Source of the DNA: Atractiella rhizophila
Lineage: Eukaryota
Direction: 5' to 3'
Assembly: GCA_021432655.1 (NCBI GenBank)
Contig: MU271356.1
Coordinates: 1 to 64,000 of the forward strand
DNA length: 64,000 nt
Shown here: piece after piece, positions 22,726 to 34,659 of the stretch
Layout of the letters: every line of letters starts with the position of its first letter
How positions within the stretch are numbered: position 1 is the first letter of the stretch
Translations under genes and position numbers: made by a program
Notes under the pieces: model-generated
The model's input: only the letters and a program-made list of their open reading frames with translations
What the model was told of the DNA's origin: nothing
Databases searched by the model: none

Positions 22726-23931
22726 TCAGCTAGTCCGAGCCTTCTTCGCCGCCTCGTTGCTGCTCCCATTCTCCAGTGCATGCCTGTACAATGGAACGTC
22801 AACATAACATCACTCCTTATTGTGTAGGCAGATGGTGTAGTGAAAGGACAAACTTTAGCCCATTAACCAGCGGTCCCTTTGCCCTTTCTGCCGACGATGA
22901 TTCAGCAGCGGTGGAAAAGTAATCTTTCGCTCCGATAGGGTCTTGCTTGATGCCATCTGCCCCTGGGGTCCAGCCGGCTGGGCAGCCTTCACCGTGCTCG
23001 TCTATGGTAGGCAGGGCAGGGCTGAGCGCGGCTGGGAAAAAGAGAAAGAAAATGAGGCAGACCTGTGTATTGGAAGGCTTGGACAAGTCGAATCGTTTCT
23101 GGCACTGACCTCCCAACTTGAGTGTCACTGGCCATAAGAACGGAAATCAGCAAATAGAGGACATGGCGAAGACAGAGCGACGAGAAGACGAACTTAATTG
23201 TCATTTGCCGTAGGATGCCCTTCGGATCAATGATGAACAAGCCCCTCAATGCGATCCCCTCCTCTTCTAAGAGCACACCATAAGCCTTAGAAATTTTGTG
23301 ATTTTCGTCTGATAGCAACGTCATTTTCAAGTTCGGACCCAGGCCTCCTTCCGACTAACAACCGTTTAATCATTAATAATCCTATCAGCAGCTGACGAAA
23401 GCAGTGGGGAACAGGGAGGAGAGAGACGAGATCGACCCTCACTCACCTGTGGAAGATTCGAGAAGGCAAGATGGCAGTATACTGAGTCTGTCGAACAGGC
23501 TACGAGGGAGGCATTGATCGCTGCGAACTCGGGAAGAGCTTTGTTGAATGCAAGGATTTCGGTTGGGCAGACGAAGGTGAAATCTCGTGGATAAACTGAT
23601 TCCAACGACAGACAGATGTTATTCGGTTACACATTTTCGACGATAGAGCTAGAAGCAAGAAGCGACGGCAACGCACAAAAGAGAACGAGCCATTTTCCAG
23701 CGTAGTCCGAGAGTGCGATGTCCTTGAACACCCCGTCCTCGACAGCTTCGCCCTACCATAACCCGTCAATGCGTCAATCCACGGCCTCTACACGCGAGCC
23801 GTAAATGGGACTTGTACCTTGAAAGCAGGTGCCGGTTTCTGTCCACAAAACGCAACGCACCAATCAAAATTCGTCAATTTTCACACAGCTAGAACTGGGA
23901 CGCGACGTACCCTGATGAATGCCTGTGACAT
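22726..23931 (-). CDS. Typical 2-Cys peroxiredoxin (Tsa1/AhpC family)
   Basis: Spliced [53 protein letters not shown], with [22 protein letters not shown] and DYF motifs. The last exon is inferred via a GTTTGT..CAG intron; the unspliced stop is at 22817. Confidence 0.93.
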
Positions 23932-24171
23932 TCTTCTGGTCTTAAAATGTATATGATATGATAATGTACAAGATGGCGCGTTTGGTTTGCGTTCGTGCTT
24001 GGTGGTTCTGTTCGATGTGGTGGAGATGTTTTGATTACTACGACGGGCTCATGCGACAACGCGCGACCACCTGCGCCCCTTCCGAGAACAGCGGTGGTCG
24101 GCGACTGCCCTGTTGCGATCAACAACCACATCTTGCTATTACTACAACTACATACACGACTGTAACGAACG

Positions 24172-27100
24172 ATGGGATCGACACAAGACGATTCAGAGAT
24201 ATCCAGCGAGCAAAACGCCTTCGAAAACATCGCTGAACAGGCAAAGGATTCAGCTACAAGTTCCAAGAAACGGAAACGAGAGACTGGGAATGCAGAATCT
24301 GGCTCTGGGTCGGGAAAAGCAGCAGAGAAAGCGAAACAGAAGAGGAACAGGATACAAACTAGCTGTGTGGAGTGCCATAGGAGGAAACAAGCTGTGAGTG
24401 CTTGTCAATGTTGATTGCAGAGAGAAAGCGGAATGGGTTGAGATTTCGTCAAAACCCGTGGCGCGAGGCAGTTGCACTGCCAAGTTTTCCTTTTTATTTT
24501 CGAATCCTGAAAGATGGTCAGGACGATGTCCTGCGCCCCGGTGCGTAACCAAGGATTCATGTTGAAAGTGGTTCAAGTTGAATTGTAACACATACTCAAC
24601 TCTTCATACTTGTCGTTTGAACAAGCTTCTCTATTTTTTGACGTATACGAGCTGGAAGGACTGCATAGTAAAACAGAAAAAAGTAAGCTGATAATCAAAA
24701 CTGGAGAATGGTCAAGGCATGACAAATCACCCGGTACAATGTGTTTCTGCTGACATTTCATGCCTATCACAAACCCTTTTGTCTTCTACATTTCATCATC
24801 AATGGCAGTTCCCCATTAAGCCGTACGTTGTTCCTTGCAGCCCAGCTTGTAACCTTTGGATTCAAAGTCCTTCAGGATACTCATCAGATTACGTAAAGGT
24901 GAAGGAGGTATAATCATCTGTTGAAGTAGCCATCCAGCACTTTATGGGCAAAGGACGCGCGCTGATAAATTTGTTTCTGACAGTGCGATCGTCAAGGTCT
25001 GTCTGTCTCGCATTCCGCTGGACTAGCTGCTCATGGCCAAACCCGCCAGTTCCTTGCTCGCGATGTGTGAAGCGTGGTATCGCTCATCTCTGTTTCGTGC
25101 CCACCGACCCATCCGATCCCAACACAGGTAACAGCCAAGGAGACATAACTCGTCGTTTGCTTAACCTGAAAAAAATCATCGAAGCGGGCATGCCGGAAGG
25201 TTGGGACTTGGAGCGCGCTTTGGACAGTATGGATAAAGGCAGCTCATTCATCGAAGGCACCGAGTTCCCAACTACTAGGCAAGGTACATGGGTTTCAGAG
25301 ACTACGGGGGAGAATGGAGGGTTCTACGTCGGCCCTGGCAGCCTTGTTTCTTTGCTTGCGGAGGGAAATGTCGTTGCACCGTTAGATCAAGTGCAGGCAA
25401 TAGAAAAGAGACAAGAGACAGATCCGACCGGCCTTGGGATTCAGAAATGGGTCGATTTCGCGAAAGTGATTGAGGCATTACCTGGTAGGGAGGTGTGCGA
25501 TTATCTCGTGGATAGGTTTTATGAGATGGAATTCCTCAAGTGGCTCATACCGGTCTGGCCGAGAAGTTGGCTTCAGGCTCAGTATGAGCAACTGTGGATG
25601 TGGAAGCAAGAGCGGCTGCTAGGAATACAACGTACCTCTTCCATTTACTCTCGAAAAGATCAGCGCTGATAACAGTGTAGGCGACCCACCATTCACCTTC
25701 TCATTCGCCGCCTTTCTCCTCATCATCTTGGCGCAAGCACTACAGTCACAAACATCTGATGTTTTACCGCCTCCACCGACGCCAATCGTCCCCTCCCCTG
25801 ACATATTTTCGATCAAACTCTTCAAAGCAGCACAAGAGGCACTTTCCAAGAGCGACGTACACGAATCACCAGACCTCACAAAAGTCCAAACTTTAACACT
25901 TTTGTCCCAATTCGTAAAGAATGAGGGACGCGCTCAAGATCACTATTCGCTCATTGGGCAGGGAGTGAGGCTTGCGCAAAGCATGGGAATGCACAGAGAG
26001 GCAGGAGAGAGGTGGCCACTCACACCACATCAGGTTTGCCAGGCTTCCCTTCCCCTACAATAAGCGGACTGACGAAGAAACAGCGCGAACTAAGACGACG
26101 CATTTGGTGGAGTCTTTATTGCTTCGATCGCTTCCAAAACCTTGGGTACTAAGTCTTCTTCCTCTCGACGGGATGGATGTACTCATATATGTCGTGAAAG
26201 GCTCTGCCGACCTTATGTCGTGTCGGATATTCATTGTGATGTAAAAAGGCCAACCAACATCAACTTGGCAGATATGCCTGCAGAAGGCACAATACCAGAA
26301 CCGCCACTTTCTCAGCCGAGCGAAACCAGTAGGTTTCTCACAGTTTATTCTGGCCAAACGTTTAAATGGGCAATAGCCGCGCTTATTTTGCGAATACCGC
26401 TCGCAAAAATAGCGGGGGAGATTCTCGACAAATGCTTCGCCCCAGTACCGCCGACCTATGATATAATATTAGAGTTGGACAAGAAACTCAATCAGCTTGA
26501 CGTTGATTTCCCTCCTGAGTTGAGAATTCTGAGCCCACAATTGGTCGTGGATCATCCACACTTAAACATCCAGATCCAACTTTGTCTGATGGGTGCGGTA
26601 TTTCTGCATTTAGGCTTACTCATGGTGAAATGACTGCATTTTAGAACTGTATTGGGTCCGAACGGTGCTTCACCGACCCTACCTTCTTCGAAGTTTGCCA
26701 CAACCTGGCCAACCAGACACCTATGCAAGATCTCGCCTGTCCGCCATTTCGTGTAGGCCATCCTATCTCCTGCGCGAAGCTGAAACTAACAGCATGGTAG
26801 TTTCGAAGAAACTGATCTCAATTCGTCGGGATCTGGACCCCGAGCTGCCTCAGCATCATAAACGCTTCTTTTTATTTGGATTTTTTGTCTTTGATGCCTG
26901 CTTTAATCTGTGTTCGTTGCTTCTCTCAAACATTTCTGGTTAGGGGGCTGACCGACGCTTGCCACAGGTATGGCAATCCTTCAGGTAATTTTGCTTCTAT
27001 TCGAAAGCTTCGCAGGAATGTTGAATCATCGCAGGAGCCGGATAATTTGAAGCGTGTCGCAGAATTGGATGGTTGGGTGAAACAAGGGAAGGAGTTGTTA

Positions 27101-27529
27101 TCAACAATGACGAACGTCAACGCATGCGCTCCGGTTCGTCTTCTTCATTTCTATCTCCTCTTGCGCTCCTCAGAGAAATTGCAGGGTGTGGAGGCGATTG
27201 ATACCATTCGCGCCAAATACCTACGACGACCGAGTGAAGATTCCGCTGTCTCTGCTCCTGCCCAAATTTCTCTTCCTTACTTTGGCGTATCTTCGGCTCA
27301 GTCTCCAACGGCGACGGCATCTATAGTTGTCTCGAACATTTTTGAGCAGCTGTTTGCTGCCACTGCAGGTCCGGATGGTTCTCCTGAGACCCAAGCGCTT
27401 TCAACTCAGTTACCCTTTAGCATGGAGCTGTGGACTCAATCACTGCATGCCCTACAGTCTCCGGCAAAGGAGGCGCACCTGCCTTGGAATCCAGGCTTCT
27501 CGTCCTTCAATTCGTCGTTCATCTTTTAG
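24172..27529 (+). CDS. Zn(II)2Cys6 + fungal-specific TF domain transcription factor, older paralog of the amplified TF
   Basis: CVECHRRKQA|CDRQ|VPCSRCVKRGIAHLC, plus GVRLAQSMGMHRE, RPYVVSDIHCDV and LHRPYL. Collinear similarity to copies 1-3. Confidence 0.88.
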
Positions 27530-27624
27530 TACCCACATGGAGTATCCCTATTGTAATTGCACTTTGATAATTTGTATTGGGTCTTGGAGGAGGAACCATC
27601 TACTGCCCAAATTTCCTATCACTC

Positions 27625-28748
27625 CTACAATCTTGAAGGTTCTGGATTGGCATGAGCCTGAATAAACTGCAAACAGCTTTGGTTGACCTCCCTAGGATGC
27701 GAAGCGCTCAAAAAATGCCTTCCGCCTGTCACGATTTCCAGGTTTGCTGACGATGAGGCGGTAAAGAGTTTGATGTCCTCTTCGGCTTGTTTAACAGGGT
27801 AAATTGTATCGTCGCTTCCCTACCAAAGCCCAATTATTGGCGCAAAATAGAATATTTCTCAAGCTTACTTGCATCCAGAACACTGTGGGATTGTTCAGCT
27901 CATCGAAACCCGGATTATTGCTAGGGACGTACCAGGACACCGGACGTAGCTTACTCTTCCCTGCAAGCTGTCACGATCCCTTAGATTGATCACAGACATT
28001 ATTAGGCGTTCTTTCCCCTCTCCACCTAAAGAAGGGACCGGTTGAGAGGAGACACCGCATAGAAACGAGTACAATACCGTCGTAATTTTCCTCAAACTTC
28101 TTGCTCCAAAATTCCCCATTTTCAGCTGTGAAAAAATTGGGACCAAACCCTTGAGATAAGGTGGCCTGGACGAGTGGCTCTGGGACTTTAAAACCTTCAC
28201 TTGGGATAGAAGATAGTATTTGCAAAGTAGTGCTGAGTTGAGTTTGTGCGTCCCAACACCCATTTCTCATGGACGCTGCCGATTCTGAGTCCATGGATGT
28301 GCCAAGTAGGATGAGGCCCCGAACTCGATGAGGAGCAAGCAGAGACATGCGAGTCACGATGAAACCTCCCTAGTATCCCACCGCAATGACTAAACAGTCT
28401 TCGGGGGATGGGAAGGTTAGGACGAACCTGTGAAGTGCCTAAGGCGAAAACTTTTTCAATCCCCAGTTCATCCATTACCTGCAGCATCATTGCAGCCGAA
28501 TCCCAATACGTCCATTGTGCGGCCCTAGTCCTCGTCATTCCATGTCCAAGCGGCTCAATGCTGAGAAGATTCGCTGCTCCAGCTAAAGTTTCGTCTTCAT
28601 ACTGGGGCTTGTATAAATCTGAGGATGTAGCAAAACTATTCACAAGCACCAATGTGGGTTTGCTCGCGTCGTACGGGTGGATGAGACGGTATGAGGCCTC
28701 AATGCCTCCAAGATGAGGCACGAAGACGGTTTTGTTTGAACTTGCCAT
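27625..28748 (-). CDS. Alpha/beta hydrolase with C-terminal PTS1-like SRL
   Basis: Nucleophile elbow GTSQ|GG across an intron, with GSDD and GGRH in the last exon, which ends ...HANPEPSRL*. Confidence 0.85.
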
Positions 28749-29477
28749 CTTGGACCTGTTCGTGGAAATGGAAAGCGGAGCTTTCATGCCACCATCCCTT
28801 TTGTGGAGCGGGAGCACATAAGAGCATAGGTCAGGAGATCACTCTCCGCTCTTGGATTGGATGACGAATTCGAAGGATCGGAGATGGAAATCGACGTTGA
28901 ACGCTGAGCGTTCTCCGTCTGTAAAGACAACAAGAACCGAAACATCCGCGAGCGACGGGGACCGTAGCGTAACAAGCCCCGCTTGTTTTCCTGCTCTTTG
29001 ATACGAAAGGAAGGGGTGTGCCCACGAAAGTCTGCAAAGTTACTTTAAGCTGGAGCGGACTATGCAGAAGACTTGATCTGCCCTTATGCTCCATTGGTAT
29101 ATTGGTATTGAGTGCTAAATCCAATGAAGAAGAAATGAACGTTGCCTTTTGTAGGCTTGGACTGTCTACCTCACTTGCAGGCATCTGCCACCCCTGCAGA
29201 AATCAAATCATGATAGGGAATAGGGAGGAATAGGGAGAATGTACATATTATGGTACACATCCGTTTACATTCCACCTTCAGGTTGAACGACCAGAAGAAA
29301 GAAAGACGGGATAGTTCGGGTTCGGACTTGGCATTGAGGCAGGAAGTTTCTTGCGTGATGTCATAGTGGCATCCAAATCATGGCATTGGCAATGATGTCA
29401 CAATCCGAGCTGGGAGGTATGACGCAACATTCTGACGTTGCTCTTTGAACGCCGCATCTTTCTTGAAGCCAGAATGA

Positions 29478-29485
29478 TATAAAAG
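29478..29485 (+). promoter_or_regulatory. TATA box of the CsbD-like gene
   Basis: TATAAAAG ~90 nt upstream of the ATG, followed by a CAA-rich leader. Confidence 0.55.
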
Positions 29486-29568
29486 CGAGCGGTTCTTGAC
29501 TTCAAAAGCATCAATCAATCAACAATTCATCTCTTATACAACCAATCAACACATCCAAACAAATCAAC

Positions 29569-30042
29569 ATGTCGAACTTCAACTCTAATGAACCTTCCAA
29601 GGTCAACGCTAACTACAACTCCACTGTAGGATCCATCAAGGTTTGTCCCCCTTTCTTTCTGTTCATCGGTACACCTCCTCAAATTGGGCTGTTATCAGGA
29701 AACCGTTGGGAACCTCACTGGATTGGGTGGTCTCGAGTCTTCTGGTGCTTCGCAGCGCAGAGACGGTGATGCCGAGTACAAGGCTGCTCAGGTACATTGT
29801 TCCGTCCTCTTTGTCTAACTCGCTGATGGATATGATAGGCACAAGGATATGCTGAGGGAACAAAGGATCGAGTTGGAGGAAAGGTTGACAACGTTGTAGG
29901 AGCCGTCACTGGAGACAAGTCCCAGGAGATGTACGTTGCCTCCTATTCTTTCCTGATTTGCACATTTCTCAATCCGTGTAATAGGTCTGGACAAGCCCGA
30001 CATGACAAGGGAGAGACTCAACAGGAGATCAACAAGCATTAA
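29569..30042 (+). CDS. CsbD/Hmp1-like small hydrophilic stress protein
   Basis: Four exons: MSNFNSNEPSKVNANYNSTVGSIK|ETVGNLTG..DAEYKAAQ|AQGYAEGTKDRVGGKVDNVVGAVTGDKSQEM|SGQARHDKGETQQEINKH*. Confidence 0.88.
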
Positions 30043-30863
30043 ATAACTTGATGACTTCGCTATTTCTGTAGTCCAGTTGGAATGTTAAATATTATCTTGT
30101 AGCAACATCTTTGCTCCCAAAATAATCTGAAATGTGTGAGAGGGCCGAATGGCTTCTAGTCGTCATGCACGTACCATTGAGCAGAACAGAAACTTTCAAG
30201 TAGCTTCTGCATAGGTTCCGCACTGCCTTGCCAAAGAGATAGGTAGTGAGGTTATAGTAGATGTATAATTAATAACTCAGCAGCACCGATCATCTTCATA
30301 CTCCGTCGCCCGGACCTTAAGCAGGTTGGGTTAGGAAGAGAAATCTCATAGAGAATCGATGAAACTTTGAAGAACGCATATCGAAAACAAAGGCTCCTTC
30401 TCACTTCATTGGCAAAGGCCTTCTCCTTCATTGAAATCACGAGGATTGTTACAGCATAGGCATTGTAAGCACGCTTGCAGATTTTAATCTGGCAGACCAG
30501 AACACAGTTCAAACACCGAGTTCCACCTCATACTTCTTACTTCTTACCAAAACGTAAGGAACTGCTCACATGTCTCTATCATTCCTCTCCCTCTCATCAT
30601 CCGTCTAACAGTCGGTCCACACTTACTTCATCCCGTCATAGTGCACTCACCAAGGGTCGACGTTGTCAACTCTCATCGAAAATAGCGCACTCTTTTGGTC
30701 ACGTGTTACATCGGTTGTCGCTTGCTTGTTTTGATTGCCTTTGGAAGCAGTTTGGAAGGATAGGGAGTGTGGAACGGTTATCATAACTGTAAAGAGGGAC
30801 GTGCTAAGTGTCCCTTCCTGACGATGCATCACAGGTATGATCCATCTTTTCTCCTTGGCTTAA

Positions 30864-32672
30864 TTGGCTACTTTTGACGTGGTTTATGGGCTACAGTGGC
30901 ATTGTGGCTTTTTTTTGCAAGAAATGACTGATTATCAGACATTTACCTTATTCCGACAATCTGAAGACCCAGAATCGCCCGTACTGGTCAACCTCATCAC
31001 CCTTGCAACATTCAGCACTTCTCTCCAGCTCTCCATTCTCCCTTCTTTCATATCTTGCATACCACGGTCAATTCACACGCTCCGGATCTCATTCATCTTA
31101 CCTATCGGATTTGCAGACTCCGATCCTGCCGCGATATCCTCGAAATTATCCTACTTCTCACTGGAATCTCTCCTGAATTCAATCCAAGGTGGAGTCGAAA
31201 ACGATGGCGTAGCGAATCTTTGCGTTCGTTTCGATTGGGAAACAGTTACGGTGAATTTCGGGGAGGATGTAAAGACCGGGACTGCAGTTGTGGATGGTGG
31301 CCAGCAACTACCACGGATGGAGCCTTTCACACATGTATTTCCTCTCCTTCCGGAACGTCGCCGTCAGGCCATTTTCGCTCCTATAGCCTTATACTCCAGT
31401 GAGGAACGGCGCTTCCTCCCAATAAGTGGTGACGAAGCATCGCTTCCATCACTCCGGCACAGCGCTGCGAACATTATCCAACTGTCGCTCCCGACTTGCA
31501 CAGGCTCCTCCATCGCATCCCTCCCTGTTGAGCTCCTCTCTCTCATATTTGATTTCCTGACAACGCGCGAAGTCGACGACTTTCTCTTCGGGTATGACGC
31601 GGCTTTTATCGTCTCTCAAGTATGCCAGCTCTGGAGGGCTCTTTCAGTCGCTTATTTGGACGAGGTCGACTCTGTGAAGGAGAAACATGATCGCCTAAAA
31701 GTGCATCCAGCTGCTGGACGTTTCTGGACTGAACTGCGGATTGAACAAGACATGAGCGTTGTTATGGTGAAAGAGGTCATCGTGGGTTCGTCAAATGTCA
31801 CGGAAGCATGGGTGGATGCATTTTGGAATGAGGAGGAGGCGAAGATTGTGCTGCATGCGATTGAAGGCTTGACAAAGCTGGAGAAATTTACTTTTGGGCA
31901 TAACGGTTCGAGGAAGTGGAAGAAGGAGGAGGTTGAAGGGTTCATGAGGAAGATGGCTGAGAGGATTAAACGACTCGCCACTTACGCAATCGAGGACACT
32001 TCTAACCCCTCGTCTGGACCCTCCCCAACCGCTGGACTTGAATTACACCATGGCTTCACATCCCTCACACTTCAGAAGTACCCGCCTCTCACATCGCTCT
32101 CTCTTCCGAGCAGTCTCCTGCACCTAAGTCTCTCTCATCTGTGTCCCCTCCCCCCTTCCTTCTCAACCGTCCCTCTGCCGCCTCTTTTAGAGCATCTCTC
32201 CCTCAAGCTCTCCCCTTTCTCTGCCGATGGGAATCCTTCCATCCTACCCACTCCGCTCGACTTATCACACCTCAAGCACCTTACCTCCCTCTTCCTTGAC
32301 GGCGGTGCCGACACCTCGAACCTCGTTTCCCCCCTGTTCTTCGGCACCCTCAAAAACGCAAAAGGCATTGAAAGCATAAACCTTGTGTACTGTGCGATCG
32401 GTTGGGCCAATTTCCCAGAATTCATCCGCTGGTTTTTTGGGGATCGTGGAGTGAAGAGAGTCAAGAGAGGAGGAAATGACAACGGTGAAGCAGGTGGATC
32501 TGAAGACGAGCCAGGAACCAGAGGTCGCACTCTGAGCGTTCTCTTGTTCTTTGGAGAATGGCAAGAAGAGGAGATCGATATTGCTACCCAAACGATGAAA
32601 GAATGTGGAGTGAGCGAGTGGAACAAATGGTCGAAAGTTTGGGAGGGTATGGGGAATGATAGGGAAAACTGA
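30864..32672 (+). CDS. Intronless F-box-like/LRR-like protein, paralog of 1295-3436
   Basis: 602-aa ORF opening on TTG; first ATG at 30924. F-box-like IASLPVELLSLIFDFL..VSQVCQLWR and LxxLxL repeats. Confidence 0.78.
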   Translation: MATFDVVYGLQWHCGFFLQEMTDYQTFTLFRQSEDPESPVLVNLITLATFSTSLQLSILPSFISCIPRSIHTLRISFILPIGFADSDPAAISSKLSYFSLESLLNSIQGGVENDGVANLCVRFDWETVTVNFGEDVKTGTAVVDGGQQLPRMEPFTHVFPLLPERRRQAIFAPIALYSSEERRFLPISGDEASLPSLRHSAANIIQLSLPTCTGSSIASLPVELLSLIFDFLTTREVDDFLFGYDAAFIVSQVCQLWRALSVAYLDEVDSVKEKHDRLKVHPAAGRFWTELRIEQDMSVVMVKEVIVGSSNVTEAWVDAFWNEEEAKIVLHAIEGLTKLEKFTFGHNGSRKWKKEEVEGFMRKMAERIKRLATYAIEDTSNPSSGPSPTAGLELHHGFTSLTLQKYPPLTSLSLPSSLLHLSLSHLCPLPPSFSTVPLPPLLEHLSLKLSPFSADGNPSILPTPLDLSHLKHLTSLFLDGGADTSNLVSPLFFGTLKNAKGIESINLVYCAIGWANFPEFIRWFFGDRGVKRVKRGGNDNGEAGGSEDEPGTRGRTLSVLLFFGEWQEEEIDIATQTMKECGVSEWNKWSKVWEGMGNDREN

Positions 32673-32968
32673 GGTATTGTCGACTTGCACTCCGAATCAG
32701 AGGCGCCATGAAATGGCAGGCTCTCACACTATCACAGGCACCAAAAACACCTTCGAACTCTCTCGAACATTTGCCAGTCGGACGATGTCCCGCCGACCAA
32801 GAGGTTTATCGAATGCTTTAGCGAGAGGTCAACTATTACAGCTCGGCAGTTCATCAAGGGGAATCGAGGAATCAATTTTTGCAAACCAAACCAATCCATC
32901 TTGCATTCTTCTTGTTGATATTTGTACACTACAACAATTCAATTGATTTTTTGGCTATTCCACACTGA

Positions 32969-34659
32969 TTAATTCGGTTCGCTGAACGCGGTCTCCAGTC
33001 TCGCAATTTTTGTATCCACGAAATCCTCGACGGTCCAATCCGTCATTCCCTCCGGCTTCTTGATCGCGCTAGCCTTCGTGAGAATGCTATCCCCAAGCAA
33101 TCGTCATTTATGGGCATCAGAAGAGCACGCGTAGGGTGGATCCTAAGTGAAGGAAGCGGAAGGACGCACTCGAGACACTCTCTAACTACCTCCTTATCTA
33201 CCTCCTTCAAACTCCCTTCTTTCCACTTTACGGTCTCTAGCCACCTCTTCACGTCCGGCTCCTTATATCCAAACTCTTTGACTATATAAGATAGCCTATC
33301 GGCGGTCTGGAACTCCTCAACACTCTTTTGTAGATCCTCCAGAAACTTGGTCACCGCTTCTTTTGGGGCACTGGCATTGCAGGCGATGGACCAAGAAGGC
33401 CACGGAGTAGGGCAGGTAGTAAGGGGATACACTTCATTAGTGTCCTGGTCACCAGTTCAAGTAACTGAGAATCGAATGGAGAGGCAAAGCCTGGGATGAA
33501 AGGATGACGTACGAACCAGGGTTTCGTAGTTTGATACTCCCACCTGACCACGAATGCCAATGGAATGTGTCAATACATGGCTTTGAAGGAGCTAGGAAAC
33601 TGCCTACATGAAAGCAGCCGTTGTCCCCTCTTGGACAGAACGCCTGAGGTTCTGGCGTCAATTGTCACTCCGGCTCTCACTCGATGGGCATCAGAAGAGG
33701 CGCACCTCGAAGCTGTCGTTAACTATTTATGGGCCACATTAGGAAAATAATGAGAAAGACGGCAAAAGGTGCAAGACGAACCGACGAAGTCGATCGGCTC
33801 GACCTTTCCGCTTCCATCCACCCATCCCTCCTTCAATGCGAGGTAAGACACCATAATTTGTGATCCCCTGCCACAGCGTACTCTCCAATCAGAGAATTAC
33901 CAGAGCTGGCGAATGAAGACGCACGAGCCGATGCGGCTGATTCCCCATTTTTTACCCCGTAGGTCGGAGAGGGAGTTGATGGACGAGGCTTGGGGAGAGT
34001 GTTTGGAACAGATGATCGCCCTGGATGGAAGTGGGTAGTCAGTTTGAATCCGGAGCGAAGGAAAATATGTAAAATATGCGATGCATGCAATGCTTCACGA
34101 AACACATTCAATTTGCGCACCGATTATCAAGGTACAGAAGATGTAAAGCCAGTGTCCCAGATTATGAGACGATGGAAATAAATATGTTCACCCAGTGGGT
34201 GTGGATAGCATTTAAGATGATAGTGCAAGACAATTCTTAGAACGAAAAACGAAAGAATGATTCTGCTATCAGGGCAGGACAGTCAATTCTGTTTCGAATG
34301 CCTTAAACAAAGCATCGAAAAGTCAAAGGGAGTCCAGAAACCTACCAGTTAAGGGGACTAACGACATAAGTGCCTACAATTTTATAATCCTCACCTTTCC
34401 CGAACTTTGGCCCATTAGCGATTCCAGCCAACAAGCTCTCAGTCAGAGCAACGGATACGTCGATCTCTCCAGCGCGTAAACGAGATATCATCTGTCCAGT
34501 CCCGCTTGGACAATTGACGAGAGAAATGGAGGGATCGTTGGCACCGAGGCGGAGAATGGGGGAGGAGAAGTGTTCCGGTACTATCATGCGATCAGGTAAA
34601 GCTGAATGAAGAGAAAATTCTGCACCATATCCCACTTTCAGTCGTGGATCTGCACTCAT
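32969..34659 (-). CDS. Periplasmic-binding-protein-like II (NMT1/THI5-like, Ca3427-type) protein
   Basis: Multi-exon. Motifs LKVGY|VPEHFSSP, CPSGTGQMISRL, IDVSVALTE, SPLNW|AI, GISRIGS, WEYQTTKPW and TPWPSW. Confidence 0.82.
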
